Source of the DNA: Octopus sinensis
Taxonomy: Eukaryota
NCBI RefSeq assembly: GCF_006345805.1
Contig: NC_042997.1
Span: 166,594,001-166,658,000, forward strand
Reading direction: 5' to 3'
Length of the DNA stretch: 64,000 nt
Below, piece after piece: positions 50,701-61,755 of the stretch (within the stretch, counting starts at the first letter, position 1; the number at the start of each line of letters is the position of its first letter). The notes under the pieces are model-generated. The model had not been told where the DNA came from and searched no databases. It worked only from the letters and a program-made list of their open reading frames with translations. The position numbers were made by a program, and so were the translations under genes.

Positions 50701-51270
50701 GACTAGTCTTGCCGGGTCTTCGGATGGTGTTTTTATGTGCCACCATGTTCCCACAGCACGGAGGCCAGTCGATGCGGTACTGGCTACGGCCACGTTCGGA
50801 TGGTTTTCTTGTGTGCCACAGGCACTGGTACCACAAAGATACAAATTCCATTGATGTTCATCTATTTTGATTGATTTTCACTTGCCTCAGCAGGTCTTCA
50901 CAAGTGTCACAAGAGGAAGGTATGCACAGGTGGATCGACTACGTCCCAGGTAGGGGCCACGGGATATGGCCTGACTAGTCCTGCCGGGTCCTCTCATGCA
51001 CAGCACACTTCCATAGGACTCGGTCTTCAGTCATTTCCTTGGTGAGACCTAAAGTTCGAAGGTCGTGCTTCACCACCTCGTCCCAGGTTTTCCTGGGTCT
51101 ACCTCTTCCACAGGTTCCCTCAACTGCTAGGGTGTAGCACTTTTGCACACAACTATCTTCAGCCATTCTCGTCACATGACCATACCAGCGCAGCTGTCTC
51201 TCTTGCACACCACAACTGACACTTCTTAGGTTCAACTTTTCTCTCAAAGTACTTACACTCTGACGATTAT
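47767..51270 (-). mobile_element. 5'-truncated RTE LINE whose 3' UTR is expanded into a ~3.2-kb higher-order tandem array
   Basis: 50975-51247 reads RQLRWYGHVTRM..VEGTCGRGRPRKTWDEVVKHDL (RTE ORF end); array has 62-63-bp units (47941-48250) and ~575-bp units (49385/49959/50534); (GAT)n tail at 47767-47785. Confidence 0.85.
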
Positions 51271-51744
51271 GAACACTGACATTACACTGACATTATATTG
51301 ATATACATATATGTGTGTGCGTATCAATATTTATATCAACATTGCTTGCCAACTAATGTTGGTATGTTTACGTCCCCATAAATTAGCAGCTTGACAAAAG
51401 AGACCGATAGAATGAGTACTTGGGGTCAATTTGTTCAACTAAAGGCAATGCTCCAGTAACGTCACAGTCAAATGTTTTAAGAAAGCAAAAGATAGCAATA
51501 AACAAATATGCCATTTCACTCCTGAGCAATGCTGTTTGTGTGTATCCACCCTTATCTTGACATCAGATGATGGTGGTAAAATGAGTATCACTGTCATACA
51601 AATAATGTTATTCATTTTCAGTTATCTGTGAAAAACATGCCTGGCTCAGGAGAAGCATTATCTTGCAAGGATGGTAGCCGAGCTGGAGCACCACCTCGAA
51701 GGGTTTTAGTCAAACAAATTGCTCCTTGTGCTTTATTGGAGACC

Positions 51745-52127
51745 TATTGAGTCAAGTACATCAACATAAAAAATCAAATGGGAATTGTAGTTGTGATACC
51801 TGTGCAGTGGCACGTAAAATGCACCATCCGAACGTAGCTGATGCCAGCGCTGCCTTGACTGGCTTCCGTGCCAGTGGTATGTAAAAAGCACCAACCAATC
51901 ATGGCCGTTGCCAGCCTCGCCTGGCACCTGTGCCAGTGGAATGTAAAAAGCACCCACTACACTCACGCAATGGTTGGCGTTAGGAAGGGCATCCAGCTGT
52001 AGAAACACTGCCAGATCAGACTGGAGCCTGATGCAGCCTCCTGGCTTCCCAGATTCTGGTCGAACCGTCCAACCCATGCTAGCATGGAAAATGGACGTTA
52101 AACGATGATGATGATGATGATGATGAT
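51745..52127 (+). mobile_element. RTE-associated 3'-end repeat
   Basis: Ends gttaaacgatgatgatgat; related copies at 53380-53550, 53575-53915 and 63130-63575. Confidence 0.7.
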
Positions 52128-52314
52128 ATTCTATTGGTCCCTTTTGCTGAACCACTAGGTGAAGGAGACTTAACAAACAAACACACACACACACACACAT
52201 ATAATCAAAGGGCGTCTTTCAGTTTCTGTCTACCAAATCTATGCAGAAGGCTTTGGTTGGCCTGGGGATGAAGTAAAGAACAGAGAGCAAAGAAAATGAC
52301 AAAGCTAGAAATAC

Positions 52315-52490
52315 CTTGAATCAAATTTGGGTAGACATATTGGTGTCCATGATTCCGCTGCCTTGAAAGACTCTGATGCATTGACAAGGTTGATAATAAG
52401 ATGGAGATCCACTGGATGTAGGAAATATTTTTTCATTCGGACTAACGTTACTAACTGACTGCTGGCAATGATAAGGGCAAAAACTAGATC
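52315..52490 (-). CDS. MON1: MON1 internal exon (176 nt, phase 0-2)
   Basis: ttgcag|DLVFALIIASSQLVTLVRMKKYFLHPVDLHLIINLVNASESFKAAESWTPICLPKFDS ag|gtattt; LHP.DLHL and ESWTPICLPKF are MON1 motifs. Confidence 0.95.
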
Positions 52491-52632
52491 CTGCAAGCAG
52501 AAGTTAAAGCGGTTAGTTTTTAGAACAAAAAGTATTCAGTGAATTTTAGGTTATTATTTTAGGGAAGGTAACTTTGCTGTCAAAACAGTGAAGACGTTTA
52601 AAAAAAAACCCCAAAAAACGGTGTTCATTTAA

Positions 52633-52852
52633 CCCTTTCATTACTGTATTTATTTTGAGATGCTCTGTGTTTCTTTCAATTACTTTAAATATAACAAAGA
52701 AGTTAGTAAAATAACTTAGTTATCATTAAGCCAGTGTTAGGAATATAAATTGTGACTAAGGTTTGGTGGAAGATTTTAATTCAAAACTTATGAAAACAAG
52801 ACATTTGTACTCAGAGCCAGAGCCGGTTTCAGCTGGGTTGGTAACAAAAGGG
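52633..52852. mobile_element. piggyBac-type MITE
   Basis: TTAA|cccttt...aaaggg|TTAA; a second, inverted and more decayed copy lies at ~61938-62150. Confidence 0.75.
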
Positions 52853-52997
52853 TTAAAAGCTGTTGAAGGAAATAAACATTGGGAACAGAAGAAAAAAAAC
52901 ATGCAATTAGGTTATTAAATTAAGGGCTGTTTTCAAGAATTACCAGTGCTTAACACTAATTATAAACATTTGTAGGTAATGCAAGTTATATAACATA

Positions 52998-53212
52998 TAC
53001 GAGGGGGGTGCTGAAAAGTTCCTGGCTTTGAGTAAAAGAAAATACAGGAGGATTAGTTAATTATGATTTTCTTCAACATATTCCTCTCTCAGATTCACAC
53101 AGAGCAGCAGCCCTTCTGTCTTTCTAAGCTCTGTAAAGAACTTGGAAGATTGGGCCTCTAATCAGGCTTTTCGTGATATCCTTAAAGCCAGGAGCTTTTC
53201 AGCACCCCCTTC
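52998..53212. mobile_element. Tc1/mariner-type MITE
   Basis: TA-cgaggggggtgctgaaaagttcctggcttt / aaagccaggagcttttcagcaccccct inverted termini. Confidence 0.65.
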
Positions 53213-54634
53213 AATCTAAAACAAAACAATACATGACCATATCGTAATTTATAATAAGGACATATGTACTTCATCATCATCATCGTTTAGCATATATTAT
53301 ATTTGCAATGTGCACCTCATGTACCTGTAATCTACTCATATTGTGCATGAACACATTATACGTGTAATATTTATGTCATTATTGGCGTTAGGAAGGGTAC
53401 TTGGTATTAGAAAGGGCATCTAACCATAGAAACCATACCAGATCAGACTGGAACCTGGTGCAGCCTCCAGCTTGCAAGTTTCAGTCAAACCATCTAACCC
53501 ATGCCAGCATGGAAAGCAGATGCTAAATAATGATGATGATGATGATCATCATCATTATTATTTTCCATATAAATATCAAATGGAAATTGTAGTTGTGATA
53601 CCTGTGCTGGTGGCAAGTAAAAAGCACCGTCCGAATGTAGCTGATGCCAGCACCACCTTGACTGGCTTCTGTGCCGGTGGCACGTAAAAAGCACCAACTG
53701 ATCATGGCTGCTGCCAGCCTCCCCTGGCACCTGTGCTGGTGGCATGTAAAAAGCACCCACTCACGGAGTGGTTGGCGTTAGGAAGGGCATCCAGCTGTAG
53801 AAACACTGCCAGATCAGACTGGAGCCTGGTGCAGCCTCCTGGCTTCCCAGACCCCGGTCGAACCGTCCAACCCGTGCTAGCATGGAAAACGGGCATTAAA
53901 CGATGATGATGATGATTAGTATGATTTGGACAAGTTGTTCATTATATGTCACTCATAACATTTTAGTTGTATGTGTGTGTGTGTCTATATAAATGTATCT
54001 ATGAATACTACATAAGTATATACAGTAATCTCTCGCCATATTATGGTTCTTTAACATGTCTACATTGAAGAATGGTGTGCTTGAGTGGTTTGTTTATTTC
54101 ATATTTTGTTTTTTTTTACTTCCATTAATTTATTTTGGACAGTTTATTTATTTTATACTTTATATTATTGATTTTTATTTCTATTATTTTTATTTTTGTA
54201 ATTTTTTTTATACTTTGTATCTCAGTGCATTTCTGTGTTGCCCTTTGTCAATGGAGGGTGGATAGTTTAATAAGAATGTGAGGGGAGAGTAATAGCTGGT
54301 TAAGGAAGTGAATAGAGGTGGGTGAGAATGACTAGATATGTGAAGTGTTAAGATGGAATATAGCAGAGAAGTGATATCTGAAGGCACAATGAAGAGGTGT
54401 TTGGCAAGAATAGTAAGAGAAGGGAAAGGAAGATAATGAGAATAAAGGACGGTAGATTCCAAAGTGAGGAAGTGACTAGTATTGCATTAAAAATGACAAG
54501 AGAGAAATTAATAACATAATGCAAACATCAACAAACAAACAAAATTGTGAGATGAAATTAACAAACTAAAATAAGCTTCAGTGTTTCAATTCAGATGTGA
54601 TAAAAGGAGGAAAAGGAGTAGTAGAAAACATTAC

Positions 54635-55076
54635 CTTCACTTTACAATGCTGCACAATGGCCTGAGCTATAGTATCACGAATTGATCCTTCGAGGGGCAG
54701 ACATCGGACAGCCCCAAGTAAGAAACCAGGTTCACTGTCCATCATATTGAGTAAATTGTCGATAAATTTCTCAGCACCACTAAGTAGACGCCGGAGGTCA
54801 AAGTTGTGTCGCTGTTTGAAGATCTTGGCCAATTGACTGAGAGTAAGGACACTGATGATCTGATTGTAGACATAGGACAGTTGCAGGAGTAGCTGGTGGG
54901 TGGAATCAGGACCACGAGAGACACCAACTAGAAAGAGGTGTTCTCGAAGAAGGAAGACAAATCGATGATCTCCAGCCACGATACATCGGATGCTGTCCTT
55001 CTCAGAGTTTGTAACAAATGAAACCAAAGCTTGCATGACTCCCATCAAAGTTACTAGATTATCTTCATTGCCGAAT
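54635..55076 (-). CDS. MON1: MON1 internal exon (442 nt, phase 2-0), first longin domain
   Basis: ttgcag|a FGNEDNLVTLMGVMQALVSFV..LSYVYNQIISVLTLSQLAKIFKQRHNFDLRRLLSGAEKFIDNLL..LLGAVRCLPL..VK|gtaatg. Confidence 0.97.
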
Positions 55077-55166
55077 CTGCAAAGAGAAATCAATATGATC
55101 ATCACCATATGTAACTGATTTTATTTTAGGGAATAAAAATTTCATCTGTCTAGGTTCATAATAATG

Positions 55167-57438
55167 TCTAATATATAAAACAGAGATGTGTGCATATTCA
55201 CTTTTCATGTCAAAACGGCTTCACCAATTACTTCCATACTTATGATGCATGAATAATTTGACCTCGGACATATAATAGGGTCTTCATTTGATTTTTTTAT
55301 TTAAAATTATTAAAAATAAAAAATATTGCTTTTTATATTTTGATTCGACGGTCATTTGGAATGCTCACAGCAGCCATATTCCTACCACTCTATGTCACGC
55401 TGGTGAGACCCATATTGGAGTATGGGATTCAAGCCTCTTCTCCTTATCTCCTCAAAGACATACAGCATCTCGAAAGAGTCCAGAAGCTGGCTACCCGCAT
55501 GGTTCATGGTCTCAAAAATTTGTCCTACGAAGAAAGGCTGAGGACGCTTGACCTTTATTCTCTTGAAAAACGCCGCCGCCGTAGTGATCTCATTCTCGCC
55601 CACAACATCATAAGCGGAAAGTGTAACCTCTTGAAAGAGCTGTTCTTCACTCCTGCTCCAGAGTGTCGGCTGCGGGGTCATTCCGAAAAGCTCTACCTGC
55701 GACGATTTCATCTCAATCGAAGGAGAGGAGCTTTCTCCGTCCGGGTTGCGGATCCGTGGAACAAGCTGCCAGACGAGATGGTAAAGATGCCGACGACCGC
55801 TTTGTTCAAAGCCTCCCTGGACCTCAAGTGGCCTGAACTCTTAACATGAACACCACCCTGTACTTAACTCCATGTCCCCCTACATGGCCTTGCTATTTGC
55901 TTTTGAGCCAAATTAACTAACTAACTAACTAACATCTTTCAAAGATTTTAATATTTTTTCTTCTGGTTTTCTAGCATCAGTGACGTAACATATATCTTTA
56001 TGTATATCTCTCTATTTCTATCTCTCTATCTATATCTCTTGTTTTCACTTTCATTTTTCAGACGTTATTCTTTTCACTTTCAGTTTTCATAAGTGACTGT
56101 TTAACTTCCATGTTATTGTTTTCACTATAAGTCTAAGTTTCCAATCGCTATTTACAAACAAACAATGACAAATTACTGAAAGAAGTTCACAATTACTGAT
56201 ATAAGTAATTTCATAATTTACTGACAGAAGTATCTTCATAAATTTCACTTCAATCCGAATGGTCATGTGTTTTTCTCTTGTTGACGATTTCTTTCTGGTT
56301 CCTTCGCTAATGGCTCCTTGGTTCACTGAGTGACAAATTTCGCTTCAACCCATACAATACTTTATTTTCCATTAAAATTTCTTAATTACTTTCGGCCCGT
56401 CATTTAAACAAACATAATTTCCGTTACCAAGTTATTTTCATTGTTTACTATCTTCTGAACTTGTGTATTTCCGTATACATATATAACCATATGTAGAAGG
56501 AAAGTGTCAAATTTGTTGGCATAACTACAGATTTCTGCCCCACCCCCACCAAATTTTGATGATCATAACTTTCAGAAAAATGGATATTTTTTAATAAAAT
56601 TTTCTACGAATATGTGCTATATCATGTCCATTTCAAATATATAAAATTTTGAGGGGTAAATGTTTTAGGAGGGGGTGGGGGATTTTCTGAAAATTCACTT
56701 AACTTTCAAGAAAATGGATATTTTTTTAATGAAATTCTCTACAAATATACCTTGGAATATTATTACATTAGATTCACTTCTTTAAAAAGGTTTCTCAAAG
56801 TCAACTTCCAGTATTGACATAAAAATGGCAAAGTCTCTCCCTGCCTAATTTCTATGTTTTCATTTCAAGTTTTAATTCACTATTTGTAAACAACTACCAT
56901 AAATTACTGAAAGAAATATTTACTAAGTTCACAAATTTAAATATTTCGTACAAGATAGTTTTCAATGTGCTTTTATTTATACAATTTTTTCATTCCTCCA
57001 CAAATTTTTTCTGAAGAAATTTAGATCCTCCTAAATTATGCAATGGGACAAGGTTGATTGTGACGACATTATCACCTAATATGACAGAAGCTATCATCAT
57101 CACTGGATGTGCCTCTGGGGAAGCAGTTTCCATTCCAAGAATTCTAATCAAACCAACAGAATACCCTTTCAGTTCAAACGAACACAATTCCCAATGCGAC
57201 TTTGCTTTTCAATGTCTATTTATACAGCTCAAGGTCAGTCTTTGAAATCTACTGGCTTGCTTTTCTCATGGTCAATTTTGTTGGTTGTTCCAGGGTAGGT
57301 AGTTTGCAAGACTTATTTGTCTATGCTCCAAATCAGAAAACAAAGAATGTTGTTTAACCAGAAGCTCTTACATAATTTCTTTCAACATATGTGGTAGAAT
57401 TTATCTCCTTTCATAAAAGTGGTAAATTTTGTATTTTC

Positions 57439-57477
<39 letters not shown>

Positions 57478-57640
57478 CATTATTATTATTATTTTGTATT
57501 ACGAATTCAGAATTGATTTCCCAATTAAAGAATAAATTGAATTTAGAATAACAAATTTCTATACAACATATTTTGCTTTTTCTTCCAATATGTAATGAAA
57601 AAAAATTTCATTCCCGGGCAACGCCGGGTGCCTTTGCTAG
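55167..57640 (+). mobile_element. Helitron derivative with helicase C-terminal remnant and nested LINE
   Basis: 5' TCtaatatataaaa; ~57020-57375 reads LCNGTRLIVTTLSPNMTEAIIITG..FQFKRTQFPMRLCFSMSIYTAQGQSLK; 3' hairpin cccgg-gcaacg-ccggg and CTAG|T at 57637-57641. Confidence 0.8.
55325..55933 (+). mobile_element. CR1/L2-type LINE 3' end nested in the Helitron
   Basis: LYVTLVRPILEYG..SPYLLKDIQHLERVQKLATRMVHGLKNLSYEERL..LEKRRRRSDLI..LRGHSEKL; (CTAA)n tail at ~55912-55933. Confidence 0.9.
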
Positions 57641-57905
57641 TTGATCTAAATGAGAGAACTTATACGTGATTCCCCTACCCACATTTTCTTCAGTGTCATT
57701 TCATTATATTGTATTTGTTTTCTTCACAGGCTTGGATGAGTTTGAATGGCTACAGCTGTTACTACAGCAACTATATGATACATGAAATGCCAGGCATATA
57801 ACACAGATATGATAGCATTGAGTAATTACATTATATACTGTAATATGTCAACAAAAATGTCATTGGTTACAGGTTTCCAGTAGACCAATCAGTGCTACTT
57901 TAGTG

Positions 57906-58127
57906 TATGGACTACTACAGTATCCATAGTATATGCTGTGAAATGACCTGATCTGGGTTAGGACTAAGGTTAGGGTTTAGAGTTAGGGTTAAGTTTTAGG
58001 GTTAAAGTTAAGGATTAGGGTTTATAGTTAAGGTTAGCATTAGAGTTAGGGGTTAGAATTAAGAGTTAGGATTTGGGCTAAACTGTAAGCTAAAGTGGCG
58101 CCAACTAATCATTGCTTCACAGCATAC
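57906..58127 (-). mobile_element. Helentron/HINE-like non-autonomous element with degenerate TTAGGG-like interior
   Basis: Short inverted repeats at 57929-57946 and 58109-58127 (tatgctgtgaa / ttcacagcata); external hairpin tatgga..tccata at 57906-57928; interior rich in ttaggg variants. Confidence 0.5.
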
Positions 58128-58706
58128 CTGATGGCAATTAAGCAAAGGGAGTTTCTATACCCTCAGCATAGAACAGATATCTAAATAGGTTTTGTTTGCA
58201 TAGTGCTGGGTTTTTACGTATACTCACACACATTCCAAAGTTTTTGCATACTTTATGTTTAATGAATTCCATTAATATAGTGGTAGTCAACTTGAGACTA
58301 CGTTAAAAGACTTGTCTAAAGTATTTCCCAGTAGTATTGAACCTGAAGCCATATGGTTAAGAATTGAACTTCTTAAAAACAATCATGCCTGTTTAGAGAT
58401 GTGGTAATTCAAGATAAATACTACATGCATTAAAGATATTCTCTCTGTTGTATATTCTCTCTGGTCCAGGTCAATCTATCCATAACTACCCTGTCTTTTC
58501 CTACATGCAGTAAACCCAAGATCACATTATCTATATCTTATTCTAAGACAGTAGGATGTGATTTGAGGGCTATTTAGCTGCTTTTTCTAGCAGATCAAGC
58601 AACCACAAAGAGGCTCCCTCATGTAGTGTATACACTGTACAGAGATAAGGAAAAATCTGTGTGAAGGGAAGAATGTACTTTCAACAGCAGGGGTGTGAGT
58701 ATGTGT

Positions 58707-59215
58707 GACCCCCTTCGGTCATGAATGACCATGGGATTGCACCTAGAAAGTTATCCTCCAAAGCACAAGTCTGGACAAGGTTGTTTATGGAAGACCAGCA
58801 GTCTCCCATGCATACCAGACTCCCGTCTCCATGCCACCGATGTTATCCAAGGGAAAGGCAAAGGCCGATACAGCTTGGTACCAGTGACGTTGCAGCTCAT
58901 TTATTAACGTGCAAGTGGCTGAGCACTCCACAGACACGTGTACCCTTAACGTAGTTCTCGGGGAGATTCAGCGTGACACAGGGTGTGACAAGGCTGGCCC
59001 CTTTGAAATACAGGTACAACAGAAACAGGAAGAAAGAGTGAGAGAAAGTTGTGGCAAAAGAGTACAGCAGGGTTCACCACCACCCCCTGCCGGAGCCTCA
59101 TGGAGTTTTAGGTGTTTTTGCTCAATAAACACTCACAATGCCCGGTCTGGGAATCGAAACCGCGATCCTACGACCGCAAGTCCGCTGCCCTACCACTGGG
59201 CCATTGCGCCTCCAC
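58707..59215. mobile_element. family D repeat (58707-58960, +) joined to a family C SINE (58960-59215, -)
   Basis: Similarity to 5875-6170 and to rc of 37527-37790. Confidence 0.65.
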
Positions 59216-59476
59216 CTGTCTAATGTACTATCATAAGTAAAGAAGTGTAATAATTACATAGACATTAATATGTTTTTAATTTTTCATCTATAAAGGAAGC
59301 ACAGTGACCACAGCTTTTACAGCTTTAGTAGATTTGAAATAAAGATAACTGTGGGAGTATTGTAAGTGTAACAACATCTGTTTAAATTCACATCATCTAG
59401 GTTAGCAGAAAAAAAGAAAAAGATGGATTTGATGAGGAGATGGAAAAAGAGTGTATATATTTATAAGCAAACTCAC

Positions 59477-59703
59477 CTGGAATATACTGGCTTCCCAGCT
59501 TCACTAAGTATGAAAACATGCTTTTTGTGATGGCGCCAAGCAGGGTGATTGACATCTTCACCATCACTGATGGTATCTGCTGACATGCGCATCCAGTTTG
59601 GTCCAGCATTACCCCCTGCATTACTATCTGAAGACAAATTCATTTCTTCAATATTACTGATCACCTCTGCAGGTACACTAGTTTCCTGGGGTTCAGGTTC
59701 TTC
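59477..59703 (-). CDS. MON1: MON1 exon (227 nt, phase 0-2); the most 5' exon identified
   Basis: tttcttgcag|[34 protein letters not shown] ag|gtgagt; [15 protein letters not shown] is the MON1 signature. The six exons sum to 1389 nt = 463 codons with all phases compatible. Confidence 0.93.
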
Positions 59704-59791
59704 CTGCAAGAAACATGGTATTGCATGCAATTAACAATTAAGGCAAGATAGAGAGAGTGACATATACAAAATCACTCATGATATTCTGACA

Positions 59792-60021
59792 TGGCGAGCT
59801 GGCAGAAACGTTAGCACGCCAGGCGAAATGCTTAGTGGTATTTCGTCTGCCGTTACGTTGTGAGTTCAAATTCCACCGAGGCCGACTTTGCCTTTCATCC
59901 TTTCAGGGTCGATAAATAAAGTACCAGTTATGCACTGAGGTCGTTGTAATCGACTTAATACCTATGTCTGTCCTTGTTTGTCCCCTCTGTGTTTAGCCCC
60001 TTGTGGGTAGTAAAGAAATAG
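59792..60021 (+). mobile_element. family A SINE with TSD
   Basis: gatattctgaca at 59780-59791 and 60021-60032. Confidence 0.85.
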
Positions 60022-61329
60022 ATATTCTGACAGGGCTGAAGAAATATGAAACCTTAATGAATATAACAGTCTTGAAAGAGCCACTTAATATTAAATAAAT
60101 AATATACCCTCTACTTGATGTATTGAGGACTTACTTTAAATGAAGTTCCTTCCATTCTAATAGAATCACCAACTACACACACACACACTTACATGGCCAT
60201 ATGGTTGAGGAGTATTCTTCAGAACCACATGATTAGGGGTTCTTCCTCACTGGGTTGGCTGTTGGGCAGTGTTGTCTACTATATCTGCAAACTGACCATT
60301 GCTTTGTGAGTGAAATGTGATCAATGGAAACTGGTAGAAGCCCTTTTGTCGAGTTCACAAGGTATAACTTCAGGCAGTAATAGAAGATACTTACCCAAGA
60401 GATGAATAGGTGGCTTTATGACAGGTGCTGAAGGCTGAAGTATGATATAGGAGCAAGCACAGGTGTCTTGCTATAGAGAAGATACATGGTCACCTTGCAT
60501 TATATGAGAGTGAGTGAGAGTAGCTGGAAGGAAGATAAAGATGGTGGTGATAGGATACCAGAGTGTATGTACTCTGAAAGTACAAGGTGAGTATAGAAAC
60601 TGGATAAGCAGGGAAGGAAAGGGCAGGTAAGTTCGTAAGAGAGAGAAAAGGGAGTGACATATGGTTAGAAAAGGGACTAGAGGTGGAGGTAATGAGAGAT
60701 GATAATAAATATCAGAATGGAGGGGAGAGGTGTGAGAGATAGAAGTGGCTCAGGATGGAGAAGCAACAGGTGACAGCACAGGATGGAAGGAGAGTTGCAG
60801 TGTCATAATCCTGTTGATAGATCAGTGAGTAAGAAGATGGTGTGCAGGTTGTGAGACCGAGGTGGAGATGAACAGTGGCAGAAATGAAAGTCAGAGTGAC
60901 AGAAGGGTGGCTAAGGTGCTAAGTATGATAGCAGATACAAAAGGTGTTAAAGAAGATATGGCAGACCTATGATGTAGCTTAGAGGAGAGGGAAAGATAAC
61001 TGAAGGCAGAGAAAAGAGTGGGGAGTAATCATTGAAAAATGGTGTGAGGGAAGGGATGATAATGAGAATGAGAGAGGGATGTTAATAGGAAGTGGTTCCA
61101 GAGGGCAAAGGAGCTAACTGGTAGCACACAAATGGGGTGAAATATGTTCTGATTCTGCTCTCAGATGATTACAACAGCTGAGTAGTGTCACAGTTAGGAG
61201 ATTGATGAAGGGATGGGTGATAAAAAGATGAGATGTGGGAAATGCTTAATGAGTGAAGATTGGGTGCAAATGCAGGGCCCAGCAAGTACAAGCATAAACA
61301 TACTGCTTTAAAGACATCCCCTTCACTGT

Positions 61330-61640
61330 AACAAATAGGACCTCTTGGACACAGTGAATTGCCTATCCTCTCTGTCCTTTGCTATCCCCTCCAAGGGTTC
61401 AACCTCCTGAGCCCAACCTTCATTACTTTGTCCCCTGTCTTCCTGGATCTCCTTCTTTCACAAGTGCCATTCATTTTAAGTGATTGGCACTTCTTTATAC
61501 AGCTGTCCACATCCATACGCATTACATGACCAAACCAGCACAATCTTCTCTCTCGCATGCAACATCTGATTCTGTTAAAACTTAATATTTTTCAACACAT
61601 TTGCACTTTGTTACACATGCACACTGACACTGCATATCTC
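61330..61640 (-). mobile_element. degenerate RTE LINE 3' ORF fragment
   Basis: rc reads RRLCWFGHVMRMDVDSCIKKCQSLKMNGTCERRRSRKT. Confidence 0.65.
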
Positions 61641-61695
61641 ATTTTCATGTAGCATTGCTGCTTACATGCAAGCATCAAACAATCTGCCTTTCACT

Positions 61696-61755
<60 letters not shown>

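Noticed and set aside
47803-50854. ORFs of up to 194 aa and a regularly spaced repeat array that could be taken for a CRISPR array or repeat protein
   Set aside because: Units are contiguous with no unique spacers, there are no cas genes, the context is eukaryotic, and the sequence is the reiterated 3' UTR of the adjacent RTE
57955-58080. True telomere or chromosome end
   Set aside because: Short, highly degenerate, and inside a MON1 intron
59704-59730. ATG of MHAIPCFLQ as the MON1 start codon
   Set aside because: It lies within a polypyrimidine tract ending in a good acceptor (tttcttgcag), so it is more likely intronic; the true 5' exon(s) were not identified in 59.7-64 kb
60400-61300. Purine-rich, G/A-skewed kilobase
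   Set aside because: No ORF, terminal structure or periodicity recognised; most likely a decayed retroelement UTR
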